Source: Octopus sinensis
Taxonomy: Eukaryota
DNA length: 64,000 bases
Assembly (NCBI RefSeq): GCF_006345805.1
Contig: NC_043003.1
Span: 70,184,001 to 70,248,000 of the forward strand
Reading direction: 5' to 3'
In this document: piece by piece, positions 50,491-64,000 of the stretch
Layout of the letters: each line of letters begins with the position of its first letter
Numbering within the stretch: position 1 is the first letter of the stretch
Program-made: the position numbers and the translations under genes
The notes under the pieces: generated by a model
Told to the model about the DNA's origin: nothing
Seen by the model: the letters and a program-made list of their open reading frames with translations, nothing else
Database searches by the model: none

Positions 50491-51487
50491 GGTGTCCATT
50501 TGCAAAGAGCAAATTTATTCAAGACAGATATCTTTGACTCACTCCTGATGGAATGTTGAGTGGCAAACATGATAGGATGAGAATTTCATAAAATAGAGTT
50601 TTCGGAAGCATCGTTTCGAATTACTCCATTCATTTCTCATAACGGAATGATTCAGTATAAGAGAGGAATTTTGGAACTGGTTCAGAGACTGAAATGTTTT
50701 AGAACATAATAAAACGTTTATAACTGGAATACGATCAGCTATGTTAGGCATGATATTGTCACATTTAGTTCTATACAAAAATATAAAATGAAAACTTCAA
50801 ACTGCATTGCATTGATTGTAAAATTGGGGATTTCCATTAAATAAAGACAAACGGCCTGTTTAGCGTCATAAAAATATACAATTCATGAGTCAAACTCTTA
50901 CAGATAAAAGAATTTCAACTGTAAAAAGGAAAGCTATTACATGCGCTAAATCTCCGAAAATTAGTATTGAATCGTGAGGTTTAAAATGAGTTTGTATAAA
51001 ATGATAAAGCAAATAGTAAAATTTGTTAGAACTTCTGAATAGGTTAATGCATGAAGACTGGAACCAAACGCCAATTCGCACAAAAAGAGTTTTCTATTAA
51101 ATCAACAATGAATTGCCTGAAGTAATATTTTATCGTTTTTTTAAACGTAGATTCTAAAACAGCTTTAAGAGTCGATTTTAAGCCAATGAATGGAACTAAA
51201 CGTGGACATATAGGAAGAAAAGAATTTAGTGAATATTATATCTTTTGTTAGTGACAAACAGTGTCTTTTGAAAGATTCTATTCACAAACAGAGTGAGAAG
51301 GTCTTAGAAAGAGCATGTGATCATTTCCAAATATTCTTTTGGAATTGAAAAATAGATCACGAACCTCGTCTACATAATATTTTCAAGACAGTTTAGCTGA
51401 TGGGTTCTGAGACGACAAATGCTTAACCTTTTCATGAAAGGAATGCAAAAATCATTCAATATCACTGTTTCATTATCGCATCTTAGT

Positions 51488-52082
51488 GAAGGCAGCTAGC
51501 TGGCAGAAACGTTAGCACGCCTGTAGAAATGCTTAGCGGTATTTCGTCTGCTGTTACGTTCTGAGTTCAAATTCCGCCAAGGTCGATTTTGCTTTTCATC
51601 CTTTCGGGGGCAATTTAATAAGTACCAGTTACGCACTGGGATCGATATAATCGACTTAATCCCTTTGTCTGTCCCTGTTTGTCCCCTCTGTGTTTAGCCC
51701 CTTGTGAGTAGTAAAGAAATAGAAATAGGTATTTCATATGCCGTTACGTTCTGAGTTCAAATTTCGCCGAGGTCGACTTTGCATTTCATCCTTTCGGGGT
51801 CGATAAATTAAGTACCAGTTACGCACTGGGGTCGATATAGTCGATTTAATCCGTTTGTCTGTCCTTCTTTGTCCTCTCTGTGTTTTGCCCCCTTGTGGGC
51901 AGTAAAGAAATAGGTATTTTGTCTGCCGCTACGTTCTGAATTCAAATTCCGCCGAGGTCGACTTTGCCTTTCATCCTTTCGGGGTCGATGAATTAAGTAC
52001 CAGTTGCGTACTGGGTCGATTTAATCCACTGGCCCCCTACCCTCCAAAATTTCAGGCTTTGTGCCTAGAGTAGAAAAGATTA
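51488..52082 (+). mobile_element. Second head-to-tail trimer of Meta-like SINE units (tail A, tail A, tail B)
   Basis: Junctions AAGAAATA|GGTATTT at 51727/51728 and 51912/51913. Confidence 0.9.
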
Positions 52083-52249
52083 TCGCATCTTAGTAATGAA
52101 AATGGAATTATTCCATATAAAGGTGAATAACACAAATTGTTTTAGACAAGAATTGAGTTCCACCCTGAGTGTAACTGGTATAATTGCTAAAACGTTTTCC
52201 GTGTTCAAGCAGCTAACTCAATCTTTCGAAAGATCTCTGGAATAACTTT

Positions 52250-52550
52250 ACACGACAGGGTGCTTATCGCGGAGATCACGAAGTCTCTCCGGGTCGAGCT
52301 GCTGTTTCTCTGCATTGAGACGTCACAATTCGGATATTATGGAAATGTGATTAGAATATTAGAGGAAAGAATCCCAAGATGGATCGTTGAAACTGAGCCA
52401 ATGAACAGGAAACCTGTGGGAAGACCAATAACAAAATGGTTGGATAACATCCATAGTCTTAGTTGGTCACACTTAGGAATTCAGATGGAAAGTATGACAG
52501 TTGTTTCTGATAGGACTCTATCGAGGGGACGGCTGAGGATTCTATCCCAG
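52250..52550 (+). mobile_element. RTE-clade LINE C-terminal fragment
   Basis: LLFLCIETSQFGYYGNVIRILEERIP..RKPVGRPITKWLDNI..SWSHLGI, a decayed LRWYGHVxRM...GRPRxRW motif. Confidence 0.8.
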
Positions 52551-53234
52551 GGAGGATGGATGGTTAGAGAAGAAATATTAGAAAATATTTGGAATGATCA
52601 GATTTTAGCAAATTCTTCTCAATTTGAAAGTTCAAACCGCAATATTAGTTCTGTATGCTAGCAAACATGTCATTCTTAAGGAACTTAGAAATAATCCATT
52701 AAGCCTAGGCATTTCAGATTATCAAAGGATCTTAAGAAGCAAAAGAATTTTGTGTTGTTGTTGCTCTTTTGCCCTGGATTATCAATCATCGAGCAGACTT
52801 ATGGTCGAAAGTGTGCTATAGCCTTAACCGTCGCATCTTCTTGCTTGTATACCAGAGAGTATGTTGTTCGATTTTTTCTAAAATTCTAGATGGTAGGCTT
52901 TGGTTTGAGAGAGATTTTGTTGCCATTTCTAAAAGGTCTAGCAGCGACGCAGAGACTTCTGTAGGAATCTATGGTGCTCTGGTAACAGATCAAAAAGCAA
53001 AAATATTGTGTAAAAAATGTAATAAATGTCTGAAACTTAGACAGCCATAATATTCCATTTCTGGTTGGATTCCAATTATGAAGAGAAATTTGGCTGAACG
53101 GTGAATCATATTTGGTAAATCATATTTGGTAAATCATATTTTTAGTGGGTTTACTTCAGCTTAGAGTATTTCTCTATTAGAAAGTAAATGGTGTACTTTA
53201 GTAGACATGGATATAAAATCTGACAATGGACAAC

Positions 53235-53387
53235 TGTAGCTATGTGGTAAGGAGTTTGCGTCCCAACCACATAATTCCAGGTTCAGTCCCACAGCACGGC
53301 ACCTTAGGAAAGTGTTTTCTATTATAGCCTCGCTCCGATCAAAACCTTGTGAGTGGCTTTGGCAGATGGAAACTGAAAGAAGCCCAT

Positions 53388-53448
<61 letters not shown>

Positions 53449-53695
53449 CATACACACACACATATGTGCATGTGTGTGTCTGTGTATGTATGTATGTCTG
53501 TGTTTTCCCCCATTACCGCTTGTTAACTGGTGTTGGTGTATTTACGCTCACCTAACTTAACGGTTCGGCAAAACGAGACCGATTGAATAAGTGTCAGGTT
53601 TAAAAAAACGCCTGGGATCGATTCGTTCGGCTAAAATTTCTTCGACGCGGTGCCCTAGCATGGCCGCAGTCAGATGATTAACGCAAGTAAAAGGC
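53235..53695 (+). mobile_element. SINE family A
   Basis: Head-to-tail homology. Confidence 0.85.
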
Positions 53696-53813
53696 AAAAA
53701 GTGTTAAAAACTAATTTACATTTTATGCTTTCCCTGAATACCGAAACAGTGAAATATTGTATAAAGAATAAGAAATAAATAAATAGATAGATAGTTAGGT
53801 AAATAAATAAATA

Positions 53814-54092
53814 AACAAGAGCCCTCAGAGAGCGCAAATGTCCGTCAAGGCAAAACCGACGTCTTCCCAACGATTAGCCGGAGATCATTTTTAAAATGAG
53901 AATATCTGAAATAAACTCGACCGCTCTCACAAACGAGAATACTAAAAATGAACAGTTTGTACCAGTTACGAGGTCAAGCATCCCTGAAAGTTTCGTCCAA
54001 ATCCATCCAACGGTTCTTGAGATATTTTGTTCGCGGGCAAACAAATACGACTGAAAACAATACACCTGCCTTAGCTAAAGCGGATGTAATAA
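53814..54092 (+). mobile_element. Non-autonomous Helentron/HINE-like short element
   Basis: Starts AACAAGAG..CAGAGAGCGC, carries AAAGTTTCGTCCAAATCCATCCAACGGTTCTTGAGATATT, ends AAAACAATAC plus short hairpin in an A-rich site, as in mollusc HINE-type elements. Confidence 0.5.
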
Positions 54093-54532
54093 ATATGTAT
54101 ATTCTGTGCGTCATCGTTGTTACTCTTAAAATTAAAATTCAAACAACTCACCTGGTCGTAATTTATGATTTAACTAGAAGAGATTATCTCCTTTACAGTA
54201 ATTGCATCCGGGGCATCAGGTGTTATTCACAAGTAATTGAAAATATTTTATAACCGTTTCTCTCAATTTCATTTTGACTGTGTAGTTTGTAGAATGGAAA
54301 TATTATATTATCCGACCACATGTTGCCAGATGGTTACTCAAAGGTATCTGACGGACATCTAGGTCTCTAATGTTTTGTCGGTGTACACGTGAACATTCTG
54401 ATAGTGCATTTCCAATCTGACCTACAGTAAATTCAATTTCTGCTTTTGCTGTTAATATTTGTATTTGTGAATATTTTCCCGGTTTTTGCGTTCACATATT
54501 GGCCGGTGTGTGTGTATCTATACTCAAACACA

Positions 54533-54683
54533 CGATGGGCTTCTTTCAGTTTACGCTTACCAAATCCACTTACAAAGCTTTGGTCTGTCCGAGGCTGCAG
54601 TAGAAGGTGTCACGAAGTGGGGGCTGAACCTGGAACCCTGTAGTTGGGAAGCAAGCTTCTTACTACACAACCACGCCTGCGCC
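54533..54683 (-). mobile_element. SINE family A head fragment
   Basis: Reverse-complement homology. Confidence 0.75.
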
Positions 54684-55074
54684 TAGGATAGTTTTTAAAC
54701 GAGTGATTACCACGTGATATGTTTGCCAATTTATCATCAGGAGAATTGATGAATTTTAAAGAATTAAATGATAATGATATTAAGAATTTGGGGGACGAAC
54801 ATCAGAAAACAACAGAAATATACATTATTCTAAATGATACTGTCGTATAGAAATATGACAAATTACGAAAACTGTAACCATACTCAGGATATGAGAGGTT
54901 TCTAGTCACGTAAGTTAAATCAAAAGTGATAAATAATGAAGAGAAATTACACAAACATAACAAATATTTTAAAATGGACAAATTAGGATTATTTTTAGAC
55001 TTGTATTTTTCATTATCATCAATCACTAAAAAAAGATTCTTCAATGAGGGTCAACTGTAAAATTTATAGGCTGA

Positions 55075-55490
55075 CCAATATACTCCTCATGGAATGGGAC
55101 CAAATGAGGTTTTAATTTTTAACATGGTACCCATCGGTGTTCCAGTGATTGGATCCCATTGGTAAAGATTTCATTCTGGTGGTCAAAAATGTCATCAACA
55201 GTAGATATGACGTCATCATCTCCAACCCAGTGTCTTTCATGTTGGGGAACAGGTGATGGTCAGAGGCGGGGGGAGGGGCAATTTAGGAGAATAAGGAGGT
55301 TCAGAAACCAGTCCAAAACTACAGCTACGAACAACAGCCATTGAAACCAAAGACTTGTGTGCTGGAACATTTCCCTGATGGAACTAAACTCATTTCGCTA
55401 GTTTTCCTGGGAGTTTGGTCGTGATAGACTTTTGTAACTGCCTCAGCAAGTTGTCATAATACTCCATTGATGGTGACGCCATTTTGAAGA
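55075..55490 (-). mobile_element. Mariner transposase C-terminal fragment
   Basis: FHQGNVPAHKSLVSMAVVRSC.F..VSEPPYSP..SDHHLFPNMK..DDDVISTVDD..TNGIQSLEHRW. Confidence 0.82.
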
Positions 55491-55675
55491 TAGTCAATAA
55501 ACACAATACCTTTTACATTCCCAAAAGACTGAGGCCGTCACCTTCCCTGCATATGTATATATATATATGTATTTATGAATATATGAATACACAGACAACA
55601 TATAGATATAAGTATATATACACTCATATACACTTATATATATATAAATGTATATATATAGTGTGTGTGTGCATA

Positions 55676-55911
<236 letters not shown>

Positions 55912-56461
55912 ATATTTCGGAATGGTCATATTGCCAGTTTAGCCATAAAATTCACATAAAAATTCTTGCACAACAAATATTTAAGCGTATATATATATAT
56001 ATATATACACACACATATATGTGTATTCGCGCGCGCATATTCATTTGTTAAATAGCTTATACATATACTAATGGAATACATATTCCGTATATTCCATGTT
56101 AGTTTGTGTTCTGCAGTTCATGCACAGAAACAGAAAGAGTTTGAGACGCAATAGAATTTTACCGGAACTAGTTGACGTGCACGAAGCATGTTACGTCATT
56201 TCCGCTTGTCTCTTTTATTGAAGACTCGTTCATGACGGCTCACTGACAATTTTCAATGAATACTGCTTTTTTTTCTGTATATTCCTAACATTCTCTTTCT
56301 AATCTTCCTAAATGTTAACCAAAATATATTGTCTTCACCTTTTATTGATCTATTTTCTTTTCTCAATTTTAATAAATATTTCTTTCTCTTCCGTTACATC
56401 CTTCACCTTACAAAAACGTTTTCTTCTGATTTCCACACACACACGCACGCATGCACACACA

Positions 56462-56492
<31 letters not shown>

Positions 56493-56824
56493 CACACCAC
56501 ACACACACAAACACACACACAGAAGATGGTATGTATTAAATGCGTCGACATAACATACATTCCGTATACTTTATATGGATTTGTATCGGAAGAACAATTA
56601 AAGTTTTATTGAAGTTTCTTATATTATTACATCTGCAGATAATTCTATATGGGAAAAGATTACGATTTATATACATACATTGTTTTAATACTGTATTGAG
56701 ATTAAAACAATAAAGACTTCTGTATTTTGTTATTGAAGATTTCTCCTAATAATATTTTTAATCATTGGAGATTCTGCGCCATCAAAAAACGGCAAATCAC
56801 ACATATTTTAAAATTTAATAATAT

Positions 56825-57020
56825 CGTCGAGCTGGCAGAATCTTTAGCACGGCGGGCGAAATGCTTAGCGGTATTTTGTATGTCTTTACGTTCCGAGTTC
56901 AAATTCCGCCGAGGTCGACTTTACCTTGATAAATTTAGTACTAATTACGTACTAGGGTTGATCATATCGACTGCCCCCCTCCCTCGAAATTTTAGCCCTT
57001 GCGCCTAGAAAAGAATATTC
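56825..57020 (+). mobile_element. Meta-like SINE monomer (tail B), internally deleted
   Basis: Head GAGCTGGCAGAATC..GCTTAGCGGTATTT uninterrupted; tail CCCTCGAAATTTTAGCCCTTGCGCCTAG. Confidence 0.8.
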
Positions 57021-57054
57021 ATCACGCATATAAATTTAAAAAAAAATCTTTATA

Positions 57055-57270
57055 TTTGATTTAATCATTGGACAACGGCCATACTGGGGCACCAGTTTCA
57101 AGGGTTTCAGTCGAACAAATCATACCCAGTATTTATCTTCTTTTTTAAAAGTCTGGTACTTATACTATCCGCCTTTCGTAGAGTTATACCGAGTCGCTAA
57201 GATACGATGGCGTAAACAGACCAACACCGGTTGTCAAGCGATGGTGCTGGGCAAGCACAACAATCACACA
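57055..57270 (-). mobile_element. SINE family A 3' half
   Basis: Reverse-complement homology. Confidence 0.7.
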
Positions 57271-57286
57271 CGCGCGCATATATGCA

Positions 57287-57343
<57 letters not shown>

Positions 57344-57584
57344 AAGCCCCTTAGTCATATCATTAAAGGCGCGAAACTGAGTATGACCATTCTGGTTGAT
57401 AACCGATGAAGAATTAAAGACCCTCTGTGTCTTACACGTTTTTCATCTGTCGTTGTTTATTTACAATCCGTTTTTGCATTTACTAGTAACGGTACGCAAA
57501 ACACACCAAACCTTTATATATACACACACATATATCTATACTCACACACACACATATATATATATAAGAGTCATTGGTCGACTA

Positions 57585-58001
57585 AAAAACTAATTCTCTA
57601 CTCTCTCCAACGCCGTCGGGAGCGTTTCTTCATTTGTGTTATGTGGAAAATATTCCATCAATATTGCACAAATGATGTTGGCATCAATTTTAAAATCCAT
57701 CCAAGACTTGGCCTCTGTGCTGTCTGCCCACTACAAAAATCGAACTCGGTACACATAGCAACATTACGTTACAATTACTTTACCTCAACCGGTTCAGCTC
57801 TCTTTAATACCATACCAAAATACATCAAAACGGAAACGGATCCCATAAAATTCAAATGTTCACTGGACAAATAACTTCAAAAAATCCCAGACAAACTTCC
57901 TACAACCGGATATGTCTCCAACAATAATAATTCTTTGCTACAGTGGGCCATGATGCCTCATATGACTAAAAGACTTCACCGAGTGATGCTATCAAAGTTA
58001 A

Positions 58002-58002
<1 letters not shown>
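57585..58002 (+). mobile_element. CR1/Jockey-group LINE 3' fragment, different family from 27385
   Basis: SLQRRRERFFICVMWKI..HPRLG..ALFNTIPKYIK..KFKCSLDK*LQKIPD..GY..NNNSLLQW; ends in (TA)n. Confidence 0.78.
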
Positions 58003-58069
<67 letters not shown>

Positions 58070-58913
58070 CAAGTTATAGGTAATGGTCATTACATATTTT
58101 TCCTTTATTGGACCAATGTGGCTTACAGCTGTTTCCAGTAGTCATTATAGGTACGTTACTGTCAGGTTTACTCAATTGGTCAATTGATCAGTTACCCATT
58201 TTTATTATCTTCGATTGCATTGTTTACACAGACGCATTCATTACGAAACAATGTAACATGCGGTGCTGGCTCTGAGTTCTATAGAAAAATCTATAGTTCA
58301 CCACTTAAAAATTTATATATAACAAGTAAAGTCAATCGCCACATCAATATGGCAGAAATGGCCCGAAACGAGTCGGTCTCAATTATATATATTTATATGC
58401 ATACATATAGACATATATGCATATATGCGTGTGGGCACACAATGTCACATACACGTACACACAGGCACACACATGTATATATATGTATATACACAAGCAC
58501 ATACGCACACGCACACACATACATGCACACATACATAAGACATACGCAGACAAAAGCACATCCATCTTTTACTATCCTCCGCTGTCCACGTTTCATCCCA
58601 CACCACGTAATTTTAATGAGAAATGCCATACAGGTCAACGGACTTGAATCTCCTTCTCTTCCCAGCTTCTCTGTTTTTCTTTGAAAAAAGACTACTTTGC
58701 AAATGTACAATACTTATCACCATCGTCATCATCATTATCATCATCCTCATATTCATCACTATCATTATTGCTGTTGTTGTTGCTGTTGTTATGTTATCAT
58801 TATTATTATTATTGTTGCTGTTATTATTATTATATATTATTATTATTATTATTATTATTATTTTATTATTATTATTATTATTATTATTATATTATTATTA
58901 TTATTATTATATT

Positions 58914-61900
58914 CAGTAGTTTTATTTTTATAGCGTGCTTTCACTTCACTACCGAGCGCAGCTCTGTGTGCCTTGGGTATGTGCCGTGATTTGTTGTGAT
59001 GCTCTGATGGTTATTGTATGGAAAGTGTTCTGCGTAGGATGTGTGCAGTGCCTAGTAGTGCAATTTTCTGTATGTTATATGTGTTTGTAAGTCCTGGTGT
59101 TTTTGTTATGTATTTGTCTGAATATTTTTTTATCATGCCTAATGCACCTACTATGATGGGATTGTTTCTGTTTTCAGGTTCCACATTCTAGTTACCTCTA
59201 TTTCCAGGTTTTGTATTTTGAGAGTTTCTCCATTTCTTTTAGAGACACGTTGTCATCTGCCGGTATTGATACATCAATTAGAAAGCATTTTTTTTCTTCA
59301 TGATCTCTGACAACTATATCTGGTCTGTTGGCCTTAATTTCTCTATCTGTGTGTATCGGCATATCCCAGAGTATGGTTGCTTTCTCGTTTTCTGTGACCT
59401 TTTCTGGTGTGTGCCTATACCATCTTTTTTCTGTTGTTATTCCATAATGTTGGCATAGCTTCCAATGTATGTAGGTTCCGACTCTGTCATGTCTGTGAAT
59501 ATATTCCTTCTTAGCCAGGACTGGGCAGCTAGAGATAATATGATTTATTGTTTCTTGTCCATCTTCACATATTCTGCAGTTACTTGTAATATTTCTTTTC
59601 ATTACATGTTTTTGGTAATTTCTGGTGGGGAGGCTTTGGTCTTGTGCTGCAATTAAAAATCCCTCTGTTTCTGCTTTGAGTCCTGAGCTTCTCAACCATT
59701 GCTGGGATTTTTCTTTGTCTATTTCTTTTGCGTTTAGTTTAGTGCAGTATTTACCATGAAGGGGCTTTTCTTGCCATCGTTTTATCATGGCTCGTTGCTG
59801 TTCTATTTTTAGTTTGGATTTCATTTGTTTTATAGCTTTTGTTGTTTCTTCATCATCTTCTTCTTCTTCTTTGTGTTTATTAGGTGGTATGATTTCTTGT
59901 TTGTATTTGTCAGCTTCCTTAAATACTGAGAACAGTTTTTTGTTTTGCTCGTGTTTTGCTGCTATCTGGATCAGTTTTCCTTCCTTCTGAAGTAGGTATT
60001 TTTGCAGTCCTATGGTGGTTATTTTATAGTAGTTTTCCAGCTGTATAAGGCCTCTACCACCTTCTATACGTTGTATATATAGTCTTTCTATGTCAGATTT
60101 TGGGTGATGCATCCTAGATCCTGTCAGTATTTTTCTTGTTTTCCTATCTATTTTGGACAGTTCATTTCGTGTCCAGTTAAGGATATTGTAGCTGTAACTT
60201 ATAACTGGGACAGCTAAAGTGTTGATACCTATTATCTTGTTTTTAGCATTGAGCTCTGTTTTTAGTATTGATCTAACTCGTCTATAATATTCTTTTTTTA
60301 TTTTCTCTTTCATTTGTGTGTGTTGTGTCTTATCTAGTTCATGGATTCCTAAGTATTTGTAAGTTTGGCTTTGGTCTAATTCTTTTATTTCATTGGTTTT
60401 ATCTAGTGTGATGTTGTTACTTTTAACTAGTTTTCCTCTTTTCATGGTTACTTTGGCGCATTTTTCTAATCCAAATTTCATATCTATTTCTTTGGTAAAT
60501 CCATGAACTGTCTTTAATAGTGTTTCCAGCTGTTTGTCATTTGCAGCGTATAGTTTTAGGCCATCCATATATAAAAGGTGGCTGATCGTTTTGCCGTAAC
60601 ATTATATCCGCATCCAGTTCTATTTAGCATATCAGATAGAGGTGACAGTGCCAAGCAGAAAAGGAGTGGAGAGAGCGTGTCTCCTGGAATATTCCTCTTC
60701 TAATGGGGATGTCTTTGGTTTTCATGAGTCCCTCTTTTGTTTGGAGGTGTAGGACTGTTTGCCATTTATCATAGAGTGCTCTATGAATTTTATGATTGTT
60801 GGTGCTACTTTGTTAATGGCTAGTGTTTCGAGGATCCATGTGTAGGGGATGCTATCAAACGCCTTTTTGTAGTCAATCCAGGCCATACTGAGGCCTTTCT
60901 TCTTTCTGTGGCTGTCTTCAGTTACGGCTTTATTAATCATTAGTTGATCTTTACAGCCATATGAGCCCTTGCGGCATCCTTTCTGCTTCTTCTGGGAACA
61001 GTTTGTTTTCGTCCAGGTGCTTGGTTCAGCCTTTGCGATATCACTGCAGTAAATGCCTTGAACATAGTAGGAGGAGCAGGTTATTGGTCTGTAGTTTTGG
61101 TTTTTTGTTTTTTTTCATTTGATTTGGGAATTAAGATGGTTTTCCCCTTCGTGAGCCATTCAGGCATTGTCTCTGGCTCTGCTAGTATGCTGTTAAAGTT
61201 TTCAGCCAGCTTTTTGTGCATTCCTGTTAGATTTTCAACCAGAAGTTGGGTCTTGTCATGCCCAGATGCCTTCCAGTTGCTTAGTTTTTGCAGTACCTGG
61301 GTGACCTCTTCAGTTGTTATGGGGGTCCAAAGTTGTTCAGATGCCGATTTTGTTACTTTCATACTCCTTTTTTTTGGCTGTTCGTTCGCCGACCATATTT
61401 CTTTCCAGAATTCTTCCAATACTTCTGCTGTTGGTGCTGCAGTGATCTATTTTATTTTTGCCCAGTTCTTGGTAGAACTTTTTGGGGTCGGAGTTGAACT
61501 TTTTGTTCTGTTCAAAGAAGCGTTGGCGTTTCTCGTACCGGCGGATCTTTGAGCTTTGGCAAGGATATCTTGCTTCAGCTTTTCTTTTATCTCCGGCAAA
61601 TCTTTTCTGTGATGTTATATTGCGGAGCATTTTTGTTCTCTTTTTGTTGCTCAGTAGCGTTGCTTGTTTGCTGATTTCATTAAGAATCGACAGGTCTTTT
61701 CTAATTTTTTTTTATTTTGTTTTGGATGTTATTTATCACAGGGTTGTTTGGGTGGTGGTACTCCTGTTGGGCGGGTTTGGGTGAGTATCCAGCTTCTTTT
61801 GTGGCTGCAGTGGCTGCTGCGTATATCAAGTCATTTAGTTCAGTGATATCACTTTTTTTTGTTTCAGTGGCTAGTTCAGTGACGGCTAGGTTTATGTGTT

Positions 61901-62405
61901 TATAATTGGTGTTGTTATTGTGTTTATTTTTATTCTTGGGAGGTATGGTCGGTGGTCCATTTTGGGCTTTGATTATTTGATTATTTTATTTTTTATATTA
62001 TCATAATCATTAGGCTCCCCATCGTTGTTTACATCGTGTTTGTTGGGAATGTTGCGTTTGTCTTCGTGTTTTACAGTTTCAGTGTTTATATTATTGGGCC
62101 ATTGTTGTGTGGCTTCTATCTACATTTTCCTGGTGTATTTTTTCTTTTAAATGTTCTATTTCTATTTCTGATATTTTTTTGGCTTTGAGAATGTATCTTC
62201 GTACGTTAGCTAATTTATTAGGGTTCATTGCTGTATCCAAGTCTATATCTCTATTATTTTCCTTCCATATTTTATATGTATGTTTTGTTGTATTTTCATT
62301 TTGTGGGTAGAGCATTGCTGTGAAGTATGCGTGTAAGATAGAAATGTATTCCTCACGTGTCCATTTACGTCTTTTGGGTTTTAATTGCGGGACATGAGGT
62401 ACAAC

Positions 62406-62408
<3 letters not shown>
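58914..62408 (-). mobile_element. R4/Dong-clade non-LTR retrotransposon, near-full-length copy 2 (family A), in (TAA)n
   Basis: N-terminal Myb-like PKRRKWTREEYISILHAYF (about 62380), RT motifs, 456-aa ORF 59198-60568 with CRIC..H..C and NRPDIVV..LIDVSIP REL; (ATT)n at 58780-58913 and 62409-62482; highly similar to 11165-13489. Confidence 0.95.
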
Positions 62409-62483
<75 letters not shown>

Positions 62484-62581
62484 GTTGTTGTTGTTGTCGT
62501 TATCTTGCGTGAAATTGTTATTATATAAAGTCTAGTCGTGTTTTGATATTAATTTATCGGTGGTTTGTTTTGCCTCAAAGA

Positions 62582-62620
<39 letters not shown>

Positions 62621-62929
62621 GTGTGTGTGGGTTGTGTGTGTGTGAATGTGTGTGTGTGTGTGTGCATGCGTGTGTATTATTGATTATAGTTAAAAATACC
62701 TTGTAGGACAGTCTGTCTTCTCAAAGTATTTACATATTGCAGAATAAGATAAGAAAATGTATGGTTCATATTTAGATCGATAATATAATATACAGGAATG
62801 GAGGACGAGTAAAACAAAATACGAAAACATTCGAAATTATAGACAGATTGTCCATTTTGTAGGAAATCCAATATGTTATATATTTCTCTTAATAAGGTTC
62901 ATATTCCTAGTGCAAGCACTTTTATAAAC

Positions 62930-63705
62930 CTATGTACACATGTGTGTGTGTATGTATGTAAACATGTGTATGTATGTATGCATGCATGTATGTATGTATG
63001 CACGTACATATATGTATGCATGTATGCATGTATGCATGTATGACGTACATATATGTATGTATGCATGCATGTAGTATGCATGCATGTATGTATGTATGTA
63101 TGTGCATGTATGCATGTATGTATGTATGCATGGTATGTATGTATGCATGCATGTATGCATGTATGTATGTATGCATGTATGTATGTATGCATGCATGTAT
63201 GTATTATGTATGCATGGATGCATGTATGTATGTATGCATGTATGTATGTATGCATGCATGTATGTATGTATGTATGCATGCATGTATGTATGTAACTATG
63301 TATGCATGTATGTACGCATGTACATATATGTATGTATGCATGTATGCATGTACATATATGTATGTATGCATGTATGTATGCATGTACATATATGTATGTA
63401 TGTATTTATGTCTGTACATGTGTGTATGTATGTATGTACACACGTGTGTGTATGTTTGTATACATGTGTATGTATGTATGTTTGTATACATGTGTATGTA
63501 TGTATGTATGTATGTTCACATGTGTATGTATGTATGTACACATGTGTATATATGTATGCACATGTGTATGCATGCATGTATGTACACATATATGTGTGTA
63601 TGTATACAAGTGTATATATGCATGTACAGATGTGTGTATGTATGTGTATATACATTTGTATGTATGTGTATGTATGTACGCATGTATGTATGTATATAGG
63701 TAGAT
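62930..63705. repeat. Very long degenerate (TATG/TGCA)n microsatellite
   Basis: Direct reading. Confidence 0.95.
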
Positions 63706-64000
63706 TTGTATATTTTGTTTTATGTATGTATTCTCATACATAAAGTTGCAATTCTAGACATGCTCATATGTATCTAAATGATAAACGTCCAGAAAGGGAG
63801 TGTGTTACATATCCCAGGGCCCCAATGATTACAGGCATAAACCTGAACTTGTACTCTGGATAGAGTAACTGCTGATTTCTCAATAGTTCAGCATAGGTGT
63901 TCTCTCTTTCACTGATCTTCAGTTTTATGTTAACATCCGCTGGGCAGCTGATTTCCACAATTGTGCACAGTTTCTCTTCTGTATCCCAAATCATTATATC
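63700..64000 (-). mobile_element. R4/Dong-like family B 3' part, running off the window edge
   Basis: MIWDTEEKLCTIVEISCPADVN..YPEYKFRFMPVIIGALGYVTH; about 110-nt deletion near 63793 relative to the 41-kb copy; 3' UTR runs into (TACA)n. Confidence 0.82.

Noticed and set aside
58120-58180. Hammerhead-like GAAACAGCTGTAAG motifs (also 40380-40400, 26320-26345, 58340-58375)
   Set aside because: Typical Penelope pLTR flavour, but the CUGANGA core is missing or broken, so not called as ribozymes.
62899-63743. Many overlapping ORFs up to 241 aa (MYVC/HTYI repeats)
   Set aside because: Translations of (TATG)n microsatellite; the same applies to ORFs at 7570-8037, 9067-9615, 15624-16001, 28562-29258, 36117-36527 and 41393-41772.

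Overview
Eukaryotic, AT-rich window made almost entirely of repeats, with no host protein-coding gene that I can support. The tRNA-headed SINE families and the very high density of (TA)n, (TACA)n, (GATA)n, (CA)n and (TAA)n microsatellites look like an octopus (coleoid cephalopod) genome; this is recognition from memory, not a database result. Contents: two highly similar R4/Dong-type (RT + restriction-like endonuclease) LINE copies in (TAA)n tracts, one about 3.5 kb and near full length; fragments of a second R4/Dong-like family associated with (TACA)n; an L1/Tx1-type 3' fragment inside (GATA)n; CR1-group, RTE and HERO-like LINE fragments; Penelope-like (GIY-YIG) remnants with minimal hammerhead-like motifs; several decayed mariner elements; a non-autonomous Helitron; a 2.8-kb long-TIR element; three SINE groups with swapped modules; several fold-back palindromes. 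Most ORFs in the track are translated microsatellites or antisense TE frames. The most interesting signals are (i) a set of retroelements that each sit in a different microsatellite class, (ii) a SINE variant with a Tx1-like 3' tail that appears to insert repeatedly at TRGC^RG sites in the head of its sister SINE, and (iii) a near-perfect 519-bp palindrome. Family names are assigned by motif recognition and need HMM/Repbase/Dfam confirmation.
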